DNA of 64,000 nt from Bacillota bacterium (GCA_021847575.1 JAJZQO010000001.1:31415-95414), one strand, 5' to 3'. Counted from the stretch's first letter, positions 41,331-50,998 are shown. Program-made: numbers and translations. The notes: generated from the sequence alone by a model not told the origin.

Positions 41331-44300
41331 CTAGGCGATCGAACCCTCCTCGGGTTCCTCCTGCGCGAGTCCGGCAGTGTGGGGTGCGAGGTGCAGGAAC
41401 CTGGGACGCCAAATGGCCCAATGCCGCAGGATCTCCCGTGCCTTCGCGCTTGAGGTTGCCGCCAGGAACTGCTCGAGCAGGGCGAGCAGTCGCTCTTCAT
41501 CCGGGCCCGCAACTTCGCGCGGTTCGCCCACGTCGGGGTTTATGCGGTCCGCCATGCGCCCATATTCGTCGAGCAGGAAGGCCTCACCGCCGGTCATGCC
41601 CGCGCCGAAGTTGTATCCCGCCTCGCCCAGCACCACCACCGTGCCGCAGGTCATGTACTCGCAGCCGTGCTCGCCTACTCCCTCCACGACAGCCAGGGCG
41701 CCCGAGTTGCGGACGGCGAAGCGCTCACCCGCCCGCCCCGCAGCCAGAAGCACTCCGCCGGTGGCCCCGTACAGGGCGGTGTTGCCCAGCAGCACGTGCT
41801 CGTGGCTCGAACCGCGCAGGGTCGAGTCGGGACGCAGAACGATCTCCCCTCCCGCCATCCCCTTGCCGACGTGGTCATTGGCCATGCCCGTCAGCACGAA
41901 CCGGACCCCGGGTGTCATGAAGGCCCCGAACGACTGACCGGCGGTTCCGTGGAAGTGGACGAGAAGGCTGCCTTCCGCAAGTCCCTGGTCTCCGTGGACC
42001 GATGCGATCGCCCCGAACAGGCGGGCGCCTACCGTGCGATCGGCCGTCTGGATCGGCAGGCGGAGTTCGACCGGACCCCTCCCACCGCCGAGGAGCGCTG
42101 CCGCCCCCGCGAGGAGCGCGCGGTCCAGGGGCGCGGCCTCAGGCACCGGGATGCGGCTCTCGTGCCGCCTGGGCTTGTCAGGGGCGGTATCGCGCGCCAG
42201 AATGGCGCCGAGGTCGAGACGGGGCGAGGAGTCCGAAGATCGCTGCCGCAGGAGATCGCTGCGGCCGATCAGATCCTCGAGACGGTGGTAGCCGAGATCC
42301 GCGAGGATGGCCCGCACTTCCTCGCCGAGAGCGAGGAAGTAGTTCATCACCCCTTCAGGCGTGCCTGGATACTTGCGGCGCAGGCTTTCCTTCTGTGTCG
42401 CCACCCCGACAGGACAGTTGTCGGTGTGGCAGATGCGCATCATCTTGCAGCCCGCGGCGATCATGGCGGCGGTACCGAAACTGAACTCGTCTGCGCCGAG
42501 CAGAGCGGCACGGACGACGTCCTGGCCGTTGCGCAGGCCACCGTCGACGCGCAGCGAGACGCGGGCGCGGAGGCCGTTCGCCACGAGTTCCTGCTGGGCC
42601 TCGCTCAGTCCGATCTCCCAGGGCAGGCCCGCGTTCTTGATCGAGTCGAGCGGGGAACTGCCTGTGCCGCCGGCATGGCCGCTCAGCACAATAATGTCGG
42701 CGCCGGCCTTGGCGACACCGCACGAGATGACGCCGACGCCGCTCTCCGCCACGAGCTTGACGGAGATCTCCGCTTCCGGGTTGACCTGACGCAGGTCGTG
42801 GATGAGTTGCGCCAAGTCCTCGATGGAGTAGATATCGTGATGCGGCGGTGGCGAGATCAGGGGAACGCCCGGCGTCGTGTGGCGCAGGCGCGCCACGAGC
42901 TCAGTCACCTTCGGGCCGGGGATCTGGCCACCTTCGCCTGGCTTCGAGCCCTGCGCCATCTTGATCTGAAGTTCCCTAGCATGTGCCAGATAGCCCGGCG
43001 TGACGCCGAAGCGCCCAGACGCCACCTGCCGGATCGCGCTCTCCCGCTCCGTGCCGTTTCGGGCCGGGTCTTCCCCTCCCTCGCCCGATCCCGAGCGGGC
43101 CCCGAGCCGGTTCATGCCGATGGCAAGGGCCTCGTGAGCCTCGGGCGAGAGCGAGCCCAGGGACATGCTGCCGGAGGAGAACCGACGCACGATACTCGAG
43201 GCTTCCTCCACCTCGCTCTGTGGCACGGGTGGCCGGTCGGATTGCAGGTCGAGCAGGTGGTGCAGCTGCATTGGAGGCTCCGCCTGGAACGCGTACGCGA
43301 GAGCAGCCGCGCGTTCACGCGCTGCGGCTGAGCCGGGCGCCGCGAGCGGCCCTGCGGCCAGGCCCTGCACCGCCGCCACCACCTCAGGGCTGAAGAGATG
43401 TAGCTCTCCGTCGGAGCGATGCTTGTAGAAACCGTGGAGCGGCGGCTTGCCCGATAGCGCAGGGAAGGCCCGCTGGTGCCAGCCGAACATGAGGTGGCCG
43501 ATGTCCTTGAAGCCAAGGCCGCTGACGCGGGAAGGAGTGCCCTGGAAGCAGCCTTCGATGACTTCCTGGCCGACGCCGACCGCCTCGAAGATCTGCGCGC
43601 CGACGTATCCGTCGACGGTGGAGATGCCCATGCGCGCCATCACCTTGCGCAGGCCCTCTTCGAGGGAACGGCGGTACGCGGCCAGGGCCTCGTCCCGACC
43701 GAGGCCCCGCAGGCGTCCAAGGACCGCGAGTTCGGATATGCGGGCGAGCGCGATCCACGGATGGACCGCGTTGGCGCCGTATCCCAGCAAGGTTGCAACG
43801 TGATGCACCTCGCGCGGCTCGCCGAGTTCCGCCACGAGGGAGCAGCGCATGCGGCGCCCGCTTCTTACCAGGCGACTGTGCACGGCTGCCACGGCCAGCA
43901 GGGCCGGCATGGGCACAAGGTCCTCGGACACGGTGCGGTCGGACAGGATGAGGATTCCTGCGCCGCCGTCCACGGCAGCCTCCGCCGCGGCCGTCAGGCG
44001 ATCGAGCGCGGCCGCGAGGCCGTCTGCGCTTTCGGCGCGCGAAAATACGGCGGGAAGGGTTTCTGATCGCATGAGGGGGTTGCGCACGCCGTACTGGCGG
44101 ACGGCGGCCAGTTCGGGCCCGAGCAGGATGGGGCTATCGAGCGCTAGCAGCAGGGCGTGCTCTGGTGTTTCCTGAACGAGGTCACCGCGTGGCCCGAGCA
44201 GGCTCTCCAAGGAGAAGATGCGGGCCTCGCGCAGGTGGTCAATCGGTGGGTTGGTCACCTGTGCGAAGCGCTGCTTGAAGTAGTGGAAAAGCGGGCGCTC

Positions 44301-45812
44301 CATGCGGGACAGCACGGCCAGCGGAGTGTCGTCGCCCATCGATCCGACCGGTGGGTGTCCGTCCTGCACCATGGGTCGTATCACCGCCGCAAGTTCCTCC
44401 GCGCCGTGGCCGAAAGCAGTCTCGAGCTGCTCCAGGAGTTCGCCCATGGGCCCTTCGGGTACGTGCGCGGGCGTGCCGAGGTCCTTGAGGCGCCTGAAGC
44501 CGCGATCCAGCCAGGTGTCGTACGGCTTTGCCGCCGCCACTTCGGCCTTGCACTCGTCGGACTCCAGGATGCGGCCTTGCGCCAGATCAAGGACGAGGAT
44601 GTCGCCCGGTCCGAGGCGCCCGTAGCGGCGGACGTGGCGGGGCGGAATGTCGTGGATGCCTGCTTCGGAGCCGGCGATCACGAGACCGTCGTCACAGATG
44701 GCGTAGCGCATCGGTCTGAGCCCGTTGCGGTCGAGAATGGCGCCCACCAGTTCGCCGTCGCAGAACGAGATGGCCGCGGGTCCGTCCCACGGTTCCGTAC
44801 GGCAGGCGGCGTAGCGGAGATAGGCCTCGCGCTTCGGGTCAAGCGTGCCGTCCCCTCCCCCTGCGGCGCGCAGCAGCGTCAGCAGCGTATGCGCCGCGGG
44901 AAGAGGAGTACCATCGCCCTGCCGCTTCGCCAGGGGGTCAAGAGAGACGAACTCAAGGGCGTTGTCGAGCATGCCCGAGTCGGACGTGGTGCGGTCCACG
45001 AGACCCGGATAGCGCGCCTCGAGCCACTGCACGTTGCCCGCGATCGTGTTGATCTCGCCGTTGTGGCCGAGAAGGCGAAAGGGTTGCGCCCTGGACCACG
45101 ACGACGTGGTATTGGTACTGAAGCGCTGATGGAAGAGCACCGCCTGCGCGGTGAACTCCTCCGCGGCGAGGTCGGGGTAGAAGCGGCAAAGGTCGCGCGG
45201 GGCGATGAGGCCCTTGTAGACCACCGAGCGGCAGGAAAACGAGGCGATGTACGCGGCGTCGTCCGTCAGTTGCCGTTCTAGACGCCTGCGGGCGCGCCAG
45301 AGGCCTTGATCGAAGGTTGCCGGGCGTATACCCGCAGGGCGCGGCACGAGGTACTGCCAGACGTGCGGGGCACTCGCGCTTGCCAGCGGTCCGAGCACTC
45401 CGGGCACGACCGGGACCCGCCGCCAGAGGCCCTTGGGCAGATGCTCCGCCTGCATAGCCGCTTCGAGTGCCGACTTCCAATGCTCGCGCTCTGCGCTTAC
45501 CCGCGGCAAAAAGCACATGGCTACGCCGAACTCGGTGTCCTTGTCGGCATTGCCGCCAAGTTCCCGATATTTCAAGTGAAAGAATTCATGTGGCATGGCG
45601 GCAAGAATGCCTGTGCCGTCGCTTGTCAGGCCATCGGCTGCAACCGCACCGCGGTGGCCGAGGCGCCCGAGCGCCTCGAGTGCGAGGTCGACGACGCGGC
45701 GCGACGGTTCGCGCACACTGGCGACGAAGCCCACACCGCAGGCGTCGCGCTCTCGGAGAGCATCGATCTGGGATCCGGAACCCGCAAACGCATACTCGCT
45801 TCCCAGAGACAT
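41331..45812 (-). CDS. gltB: Glutamate synthase large subunit (GltB).
   Basis: 1493 aa. N-terminal nucleophile region ...RERDACGVGFVASV...; FMN and Fe-S domains (...LVAESGVGVISCGVAKAGADIIVLSGHAGGTGSSP...); C-terminal GXGXG domain. ATG at 45812 follows GAGGAGGGG. No gltD lies adjacent. Confidence 0.9.
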   Translation of the reverse strand: MSLGSEYAFAGSGSQIDALRERDACGVGFVASVREPSRRVVDLALEALGRLGHRGAVAADGLTSDGTGILAAMPHEFFHLKYRELGGNADKDTEFGVAMCFLPRVSAEREHWKSALEAAMQAEHLPKGLWRRVPVVPGVLGPLASASAPHVWQYLVPRPAGIRPATFDQGLWRARRRLERQLTDDAAYIASFSCRSVVYKGLIAPRDLCRFYPDLAAEEFTAQAVLFHQRFSTNTTSSWSRAQPFRLLGHNGEINTIAGNVQWLEARYPGLVDRTTSDSGMLDNALEFVSLDPLAKRQGDGTPLPAAHTLLTLLRAAGGGDGTLDPKREAYLRYAACRTEPWDGPAAISFCDGELVGAILDRNGLRPMRYAICDDGLVIAGSEAGIHDIPPRHVRRYGRLGPGDILVLDLAQGRILESDECKAEVAAAKPYDTWLDRGFRRLKDLGTPAHVPEGPMGELLEQLETAFGHGAEELAAVIRPMVQDGHPPVGSMGDDTPLAVLSRMERPLFHYFKQRFAQVTNPPIDHLREARIFSLESLLGPRGDLVQETPEHALLLALDSPILLGPELAAVRQYGVRNPLMRSETLPAVFSRAESADGLAAALDRLTAAAEAAVDGGAGILILSDRTVSEDLVPMPALLAVAAVHSRLVRSGRRMRCSLVAELGEPREVHHVATLLGYGANAVHPWIALARISELAVLGRLRGLGRDEALAAYRRSLEEGLRKVMARMGISTVDGYVGAQIFEAVGVGQEVIEGCFQGTPSRVSGLGFKDIGHLMFGWHQRAFPALSGKPPLHGFYKHRSDGELHLFSPEVVAAVQGLAAGPLAAPGSAAARERAAALAYAFQAEPPMQLHHLLDLQSDRPPVPQSEVEEASSIVRRFSSGSMSLGSLSPEAHEALAIGMNRLGARSGSGEGGEDPARNGTERESAIRQVASGRFGVTPGYLAHARELQIKMAQGSKPGEGGQIPGPKVTELVARLRHTTPGVPLISPPPHHDIYSIEDLAQLIHDLRQVNPEAEISVKLVAESGVGVISCGVAKAGADIIVLSGHAGGTGSSPLDSIKNAGLPWEIGLSEAQQELVANGLRARVSLRVDGGLRNGQDVVRAALLGADEFSFGTAAMIAAGCKMMRICHTDNCPVGVATQKESLRRKYPGTPEGVMNYFLALGEEVRAILADLGYHRLEDLIGRSDLLRQRSSDSSPRLDLGAILARDTAPDKPRRHESRIPVPEAAPLDRALLAGAAALLGGGRGPVELRLPIQTADRTVGARLFGAIASVHGDQGLAEGSLLVHFHGTAGQSFGAFMTPGVRFVLTGMANDHVGKGMAGGEIVLRPDSTLRGSSHEHVLLGNTALYGATGGVLLAAGRAGERFAVRNSGALAVVEGVGEHGCEYMTCGTVVVLGEAGYNFGAGMTGGEAFLLDEYGRMADRINPDVGEPREVAGPDEERLLALLEQFLAATSSAKAREILRHWAIWRPRFLHLAPHTAGLAQEEPEEGSIA

Positions 45813-46329
45813 CGATGCCCCTCCTCTCTGCGGTTCGGCGCAGATCTCGAGGAGAGGCACGGCTTTCGGCGTATGACCGTACGCCGCGCAGACCGCCTGT
45901 TCAGGTGCGGTCGCCGAAGGCCGGATCCTTGAGATAGCGCTCCACCGGTGAACCGGTGACAGCCTTGCACCTCTTCGATGCAAGTCCAACGGTACGGGCT
46001 GGGCGCCCGGTCCGTTTCGGCGGAGGTCCCTTTCACGGCGGGTCGTGGCTGCCCGGCTCGCCGCCGCTACTCTTGGCCTTCGCGCCTCTATCTGCCCTCC
46101 GTGGCAACGGAGGGAAGCACAGGTTTTAAGCCAATACTCTACGGCCTGGAAGGCATGCAGTCAATGGCCCAATGTACGCATTGTTATGCAGTTCCGGTTG
46201 TGACGGAGGATACCGGCCGCAAGCCCCTGGCTTCAGCCAGGCTTCAGCATTGGGACAAGTCCGACTCAAACCGGGGGTGCCAGTAAATAGGTATAAGCAG
46301 TAGAGTTGAGGTATAGAGCGGCAGTTCAA

Positions 46330-46530
46330 GTCCAACCGCAACGTTGTCTACTCCTGCAAGTACCACGTGGTCTGGTGCCCCCAAGTACCGCCGCCGGGTT
46401 GTTGCCGACGGGGTGGGCAGGACCATGTGCATCTGCTGGTCGAGGTCGACCCGCAGTTCCTGGCTTCAGCCGTGGGGAGAACGTCAAACTGCAGCGAGAC
46501 GCAGCAGTTTGGGTGCAAAGTGCAGCATTA
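46330..46530 (+). mobile_element. Degenerate IS200/IS605-family transposase (TnpA, HuH) remnant with internal deletion and frameshift.
   Basis: Frame 1: ...KSNRNVVYSCKYHVVWCPKYRRRVV. A shifted frame: DHVHLLVEVDPQF, about 30 codons too close to the first piece. No start codon. The hairpin cctggcttcagccagg lies at about 46216-46231 upstream, and cctggcttcagcc recurs at about 46459. Confidence 0.5.
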
Positions 46531-46591
46531 ATCTTCGGGCTGACGGCTGGAACACGACGCGACTTGGCCGGTATTTTGCGGCCGCAGCGCC

Positions 46592-47434
46592 TCAGACCTC
46601 GCTCCTCTCGCACTTGCGCACCACAAAGAAGCCTGACCGCGATGCGGCGAGAAAACTGCCGTCACGCGTTATCACCATGTCGATCCGCTTGCCGACTTCG
46701 GTGAGCACGCGTTCCCGAAGCGACGTGGGCGCACCCGCCTGATCGAGGGCGGCGTCGATCGGGCCGGACGAGAGGAACAGGAGCGCGGGCTCCACGGCGT
46801 CGAAGCGAAAGCCGGCGGGGAAACTCAGGAGTTCAGGCGGCGCAGGCGTGAAGTTGGCGCCGTTCTCGAGAGAGAAGCGCATTGCGGGGCTGGCGATCTC
46901 CCCGATGCGATAGCCCAGCGACGTCAGGCTCTGCGCCATCAGGTCGAACAGCGCCTTGTACGGCCGCTCGGTGGTTGTCGTGGCCAGCAGGAGCCCCTCG
47001 GGACGCAGCACGCGCCAGGCTTCTGCGAGTGCCAGGCGGATGTCGGGCACGTGGTAAAGCATGAAATGGAGGCCAGCCCAGTCAAAGCTGCCGTCTGGCC
47101 AGGGAAGGCTCTGGGCGTCCCCCAGGAGAGCCTGGGCATTCGGATCGCCGCCCACTTCCGCCTCGAGGCGGGCAACCATTCCCTCGGACCGGTCGAGGCC
47201 GACGTAGCGCACCGACGGGCCGAGCAGCCGCCGAACCGCGTGGTACCAGCTGCCTGTGCCCGCTCCGATGTCAAGCACCGCCGCGGGATGGCGGCGGCGT
47301 GCGGCCTCGCTCGTGATCGTCGCGAAGATGTCATGCGGCTGAATGCCATACCTGCGATGCGTTTGCGTGCGCACGGACAGACCTTGAGCGTCCCCGTACG
47401 CTTTTGCGAGAAAATCGGCTTCATCGAAGCGCAT
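46592..47434 (-). CDS. Class I SAM-dependent methyltransferase.
   Basis: ...AAVLDIGAGTGSWYHAV...VRYVGLDRSEGMV... (motif I and post-I). ATG at 47434 with a GAGGGGGA RBS 7 nt upstream. 280 aa. Confidence 0.7.
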   Translation of the reverse strand: MRFDEADFLAKAYGDAQGLSVRTQTHRRYGIQPHDIFATITSEAARRRHPAAVLDIGAGTGSWYHAVRRLLGPSVRYVGLDRSEGMVARLEAEVGGDPNAQALLGDAQSLPWPDGSFDWAGLHFMLYHVPDIRLALAEAWRVLRPEGLLLATTTTERPYKALFDLMAQSLTSLGYRIGEIASPAMRFSLENGANFTPAPPELLSFPAGFRFDAVEPALLFLSSGPIDAALDQAGAPTSLRERVLTEVGKRIDMVITRDGSFLAASRSGFFVVRKCERSEV

Positions 47435-48285
47435 TCGAAGATCCCCCTCTGCCATTGTCTGACATGTCAAGTATGCGGCGGGCCTGCCGCCATGACGAGG
47501 GGAGTCGCTGTTTCACCGAAAGAAGGAGACCTTTGGACCGCACGCCCAAGCCTCCGGCCATGTCGCTGGACGTCACAGGAGACCAGCTCGAGACCTAAGC
47601 GCACCCTTTGGCGACGCGTCACCATCCGAGGGCGATGGATCGGGATGATGCCGTCGCACTGATCCGGAGCAACCAGGCCGGGTACGAGCAGGATGGGACC
47701 GGCTTATGGTCGTCGGGCGCATGGAAACGCGTGGTTCGTCGCAAACCGGTGGAGCGATTGCCGCAAACCGTCGACGAGGCGCCGGAAAAGACGCCCCCTG
47801 CCTTACGTGAGGCGCTTGCGGGAAACGACTACGCCACGGAAGCAGGGTCTCATGTCGCGAATGGTGGCGTCCGCAGCAGGACGGGTCGCGATTTGTCTCC
47901 TTTCATTCACGCCTGCGACATGCCGTCCACGAAGGTGGCGCAGCGGAATGGCATTCCTTGCGGCGTTGAAACTGGCGGAACCAGGGCGCGTGCCGCTACA
48001 GGTGCGTGCAGTTGCGCGCGGATGCGGCTCGGCGCTGAAGGTTTGCTGGGCGCTTTGCCATCACTATCGACGTCCACACGCTTGCATCCGGAGCCGGAAT
48101 GTGCCGCTTTCGCGCATGGCGGGCTGCGACGGCGACCTGCGGCCTTGGACCACAAGGAGTGAGAATCCTGCGCTCTAGAACAACACTTCTGGCTGGTCGC
48201 GATCTTGCACAGACGGCAGGTCTCCACTAAACTAGTTCTGCCGCGTAAGGCGGGCTCCAACGGGCGCCTTACGCACGTGGCACAC

Positions 48286-48364
48286 GCCCCTGTAGCTCAG
48301 GTGGATAGAGCGGGGGTTTCCTAAACCCTGTCTGCCGGGGGTTCGAGTCCTCCCAGGGGCGCCA
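48286..48364 (+). tRNA. tRNA-Arg (anticodon CCT).
   Basis: Acceptor gcccctg/caggggc. Anticodon loop ttCCTaa. T-loop gttcgagt. 3' gCCA encoded. Confidence 0.85.
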
Positions 48365-48380
48365 TTTCCATGTTCCGGGG

Positions 48381-48836
48381 GTGTCGGCGCTGCACAGCAC
48401 GTTCATGCAGTTGGCGCTGGCAGAGGCCCGGGCGGCCTTGAGGGTCGGCGAGGTTCCCGTGGGCGCGGTGGTCGTGTCGGCCCAAGGAGAGGTGCTCGCA
48501 AGGGCGTACAACTTGCGCGAGACCGAAACGGATCCCACGGCTCACGCCGAGATCCTGGCCATGCGCGAGGCAGGCAGGCGGCTTGGCAACTGGCGGCTCA
48601 GTGGAGCGACGCTTTACGTCACACTGGAGCCGTGCCCGATGTGCGCCGCGGCGATCGTTCTTGCGCGCGTGCAGCGGGTGGTGTTCGCGGCCCAGGACCC
48701 GAGGCTGGGAGCGGCCGGCTCGCGGCTCCAGCTGTTTGCGGAGCTTGCGGGAGATTGGCCGGTGGACGTCATCGGCGGTGTCTTGGAGGAGGAGGCCTCC
48801 ACGCTGCTCAAGGACTTCTTTGCCGGTCGGAGGTAA
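48381..48836 (+). CDS. tadA: tRNA-specific adenosine deaminase (TadA).
   Basis: ...PTAHAEILAMREAG...LYVTLEPCPMCAAAI..., the HAE and PCxxC zinc motifs. 151 aa. Confidence 0.85.
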   Translation: MSALHSTFMQLALAEARAALRVGEVPVGAVVVSAQGEVLARAYNLRETETDPTAHAEILAMREAGRRLGNWRLSGATLYVTLEPCPMCAAAIVLARVQRVVFAAQDPRLGAAGSRLQLFAELAGDWPVDVIGGVLEEEASTLLKDFFAGRR

Positions 48837-48842
48837 GTTTCG

Positions 48843-48935
48843 GAGGGGTGTCCGAGCGGTTGAAGGAGCCGCACTCGAAATGCGGTAGGCGGGCACAAAC
48901 CTGCCTCGTGGGTTCGAATCCCACCCCCTCCGCCA
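48843..48935 (+). tRNA. tRNA-Ser (anticodon CGA), long variable arm.
   Basis: Acceptor ggagggg/cccctcc. Anticodon arm ccgca-ctCGAaa-tgcgg. T-arm gtgggttcgaatcccac. CCA encoded. Confidence 0.85.
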
Positions 48936-48950
48936 TCATTGACAGCTTTC

Positions 48951-49044
48951 GGAGAGGTGTCCGAGTGGCCGAAGGAGCATGACTGGAAATCATGCAGGCG
49001 GGCTGAAACCTGCCTCGTGGGTTCGAATCCCACCCTCTCCGCCA
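48951..49044 (+). tRNA. tRNA-Ser (anticodon GGA), long variable arm.
   Basis: Acceptor ggagagg/cctctcc. Anticodon arm catga-ctGGAaa-tcatg. T-arm gtgggttcgaatcccac. CCA encoded, followed by gttttt. Confidence 0.85.
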
Positions 49045-49285
49045 GTTTTTCGGTTGGCGAAATAGCCGCCGAACCTTTGCAGAGCTTGCGTCCGGGTACC
49101 GCGCGACGGTCAGCCCCAAACCCCGCTAGGCCCGAGAGGGAGCAACGGTACAGGGTGGAGCCGGGCGATGCGGTGCGCCTGGGCGCAAGGCCTTTCAGAC
49201 GGAGAGCTGTGCCACGACACGGCTCTCCGTCGGCCTACAGGTGCCCGGCCATCCCGGGAAGAATAACCTGCCGGAGGTGACAGCG

Positions 49286-50683
49286 TTGTACCGTGCCCTC
49301 TACCGTAGCTTCAGACCCGCGCGCTTCGGCGATGTGATCGGGCAGGAGCTTGCGGTGCGGGTCTTGCGCAACGCGGTCCGGCGTGGCCGTATCGCCCATG
49401 CGTACCTGCTTTCCGGTCCACGCGGCACCGGAAAGACATCGCTCGCCAAGATCATGGCACGCGCCGTGAACTGCCTTGATCCGCAGGACGGCGAACCGTG
49501 CGGCAAGTGCAGCGTCTGCACGGGCAGCGGTCTGCACACCGTGGAGATTGATGCGGCGAGCAACCGCGGCATCGACGAGATCCGGGACCTGCGCGAGCGG
49601 GCGCGCTACGCCCCGCCCGAGGGACGGTACAGGGTCTACATCGTGGATGAGGTCCACATGCTGACCACAGAGGCGTTCAACGCCCTGCTCAAGCTGCTCG
49701 AGGAGCCACCGCCGCAGCTCCTGTTCATGCTGGCCACGACAGAACCGCATCGCCTGCCCGCGACCGTGCTGTCGCGCTGCCAGCGCCTGAGCCTCCTGCC
49801 GCACAGCGAGGAGAATATCGAGCGGCAACTGCTCGCTATCGCCCCGGCTGCGGAGATCACGGTCGATTCCGAAGCGGCGAAGCTTGTCGCGCGCAAGGCG
49901 GACGGGAGCCTGCGCGACGCCCTCGCGCTCCTGGAACTGTGCGCAGGGCATGGAGATGGCAGGGTGGATCTCGAGACAGTCCTGCTCGCGACGGGCTCGC
50001 TGGATGAGGCCGAGATCGGGAACTTTCTTGAGATGATCACGCACGGTGATGGCCCTGCGGCGCTTGATTGGCTTGCGGTGCAAGAAGCGCGAGGTGCTGA
50101 TCTGCGCCAGCTGGCTGGCGATGCGATCGAGATCCTGCGCAGGCGCATGCACGCGGCGTTCGCCTCGCATCATGACGCGGACGCGCCGGTGCTGCTGCGC
50201 CTCCTCGAGCGTCTGGCCGCTCTCGATACCGACCTGCGACGGGGCATGGAGTCTCGGCTGGCCTGGGAGCTCCTGGCCGCACACGGGCTGGCGGCGGAAG
50301 AACAGGTGAAGGAGGCCCCGGCCTCGCCGCCGGCGCAGGCCGTCCCTGCGAGGGCGGTGCGGCGGGCGCAGCCGGAGACGCGACTGCCATCGCCTGCACC
50401 GGCGGCCGCGCCGCGGCCGCGGTCGGATCCGGCGGCCAAGCCGGTTTCGAGTGAGTTCCACGCGGGCTTTATCGGGCGCGTGCACGACGCTCGCGCCAAG
50501 GCTGTGCTCGAGCATGCTCAGGTGTACGATGCCGGCGACAGTTGGGAGGTGCGCTTTCGGGCCCGGCCCCTGCTCGCAGTGGCCGAGCTGCCGGAGGTGG
50601 AACGCGCCATCAGAAACGCGCTGGAACGCGCGGGCGGTGCCCGCCCTGTTCGTTTCACCGTTTCCGAGCAAGGAGGAGATTGA
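49286..50683 (+). CDS. dnaX: DNA polymerase III subunit gamma/tau (DnaX), short form.
   Basis: YRALYRSFRPARFGDVIGQE...AHAYLLSGPRGTGKTS...CLDPQDGEPCGKCSVC (Walker A plus zinc module). TTG at 49286 lies 5 nt after GGAGGTGA. 465 aa. Confidence 0.85.
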   Translation: MYRALYRSFRPARFGDVIGQELAVRVLRNAVRRGRIAHAYLLSGPRGTGKTSLAKIMARAVNCLDPQDGEPCGKCSVCTGSGLHTVEIDAASNRGIDEIRDLRERARYAPPEGRYRVYIVDEVHMLTTEAFNALLKLLEEPPPQLLFMLATTEPHRLPATVLSRCQRLSLLPHSEENIERQLLAIAPAAEITVDSEAAKLVARKADGSLRDALALLELCAGHGDGRVDLETVLLATGSLDEAEIGNFLEMITHGDGPAALDWLAVQEARGADLRQLAGDAIEILRRRMHAAFASHHDADAPVLLRLLERLAALDTDLRRGMESRLAWELLAAHGLAAEEQVKEAPASPPAQAVPARAVRRAQPETRLPSPAPAAAPRPRSDPAAKPVSSEFHAGFIGRVHDARAKAVLEHAQVYDAGDSWEVRFRARPLLAVAELPEVERAIRNALERAGGARPVRFTVSEQGGD

Positions 50684-50998
50684 GTGGGTTTCGGCAACAT
50701 GCAGCAGATGATGAAACAGGTCCAGAAGATGCAGCGTGACATGCAGCGCGTTCAGGAGGAACTGAAGGAACGCGAGGTCGAGGGAAGCGCCGGGGGCGGC
50801 GCAGTCCAGGTCGCCATGACGTGCGGCTTCGACGTGAAGTCTGTCACGATCAAGGCTGAGGCCGTCGACGCCAGCGACCCTGAATTTCTTGCGGAGCTGG
50901 TGCGCCAGGCGATGCAGTCCGCGCTCGACCGCATTCAGGAGGTGACGCAGAGCGAAATGGGCAAGGTGACGGGCGGCATGCGCCTGCCCGGAATGTGA
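50684..50998 (+). CDS. ybaB: Nucleoid-associated protein YbaB/EbfC.
   Basis: MGFGNMQQMMKQVQKMQRDMQRVQEEL... 104 aa. AAGGAGGAG RBS 5 nt upstream of the GTG. Confidence 0.85.
   Translation: MGFGNMQQMMKQVQKMQRDMQRVQEELKEREVEGSAGGGAVQVAMTCGFDVKSVTIKAEAVDASDPEFLAELVRQAMQSALDRIQEVTQSEMGKVTGGMRLPGM

Noticed and set aside
47608-48162. 184-aa plus-strand ORF called as a CDS.
   Set aside because: Only the N-terminal third looks protein-like. It overlaps another equally long ORF in a second frame, and no RBS or motif supports it. It is kept as a finding rather than a feature.
48614-49119. ORFs overlapping tadA and the two tRNA-Ser genes.
   Set aside because: The tRNA cloverleaves and the TadA motifs explain the region. 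The ORF translations are low-complexity.
49045-49285. SRP RNA (ffs) call based on synteny.
   Set aside because: The conserved domain IV sequence was not found by eye, so it is reported only as a finding to be tested with a covariance model.
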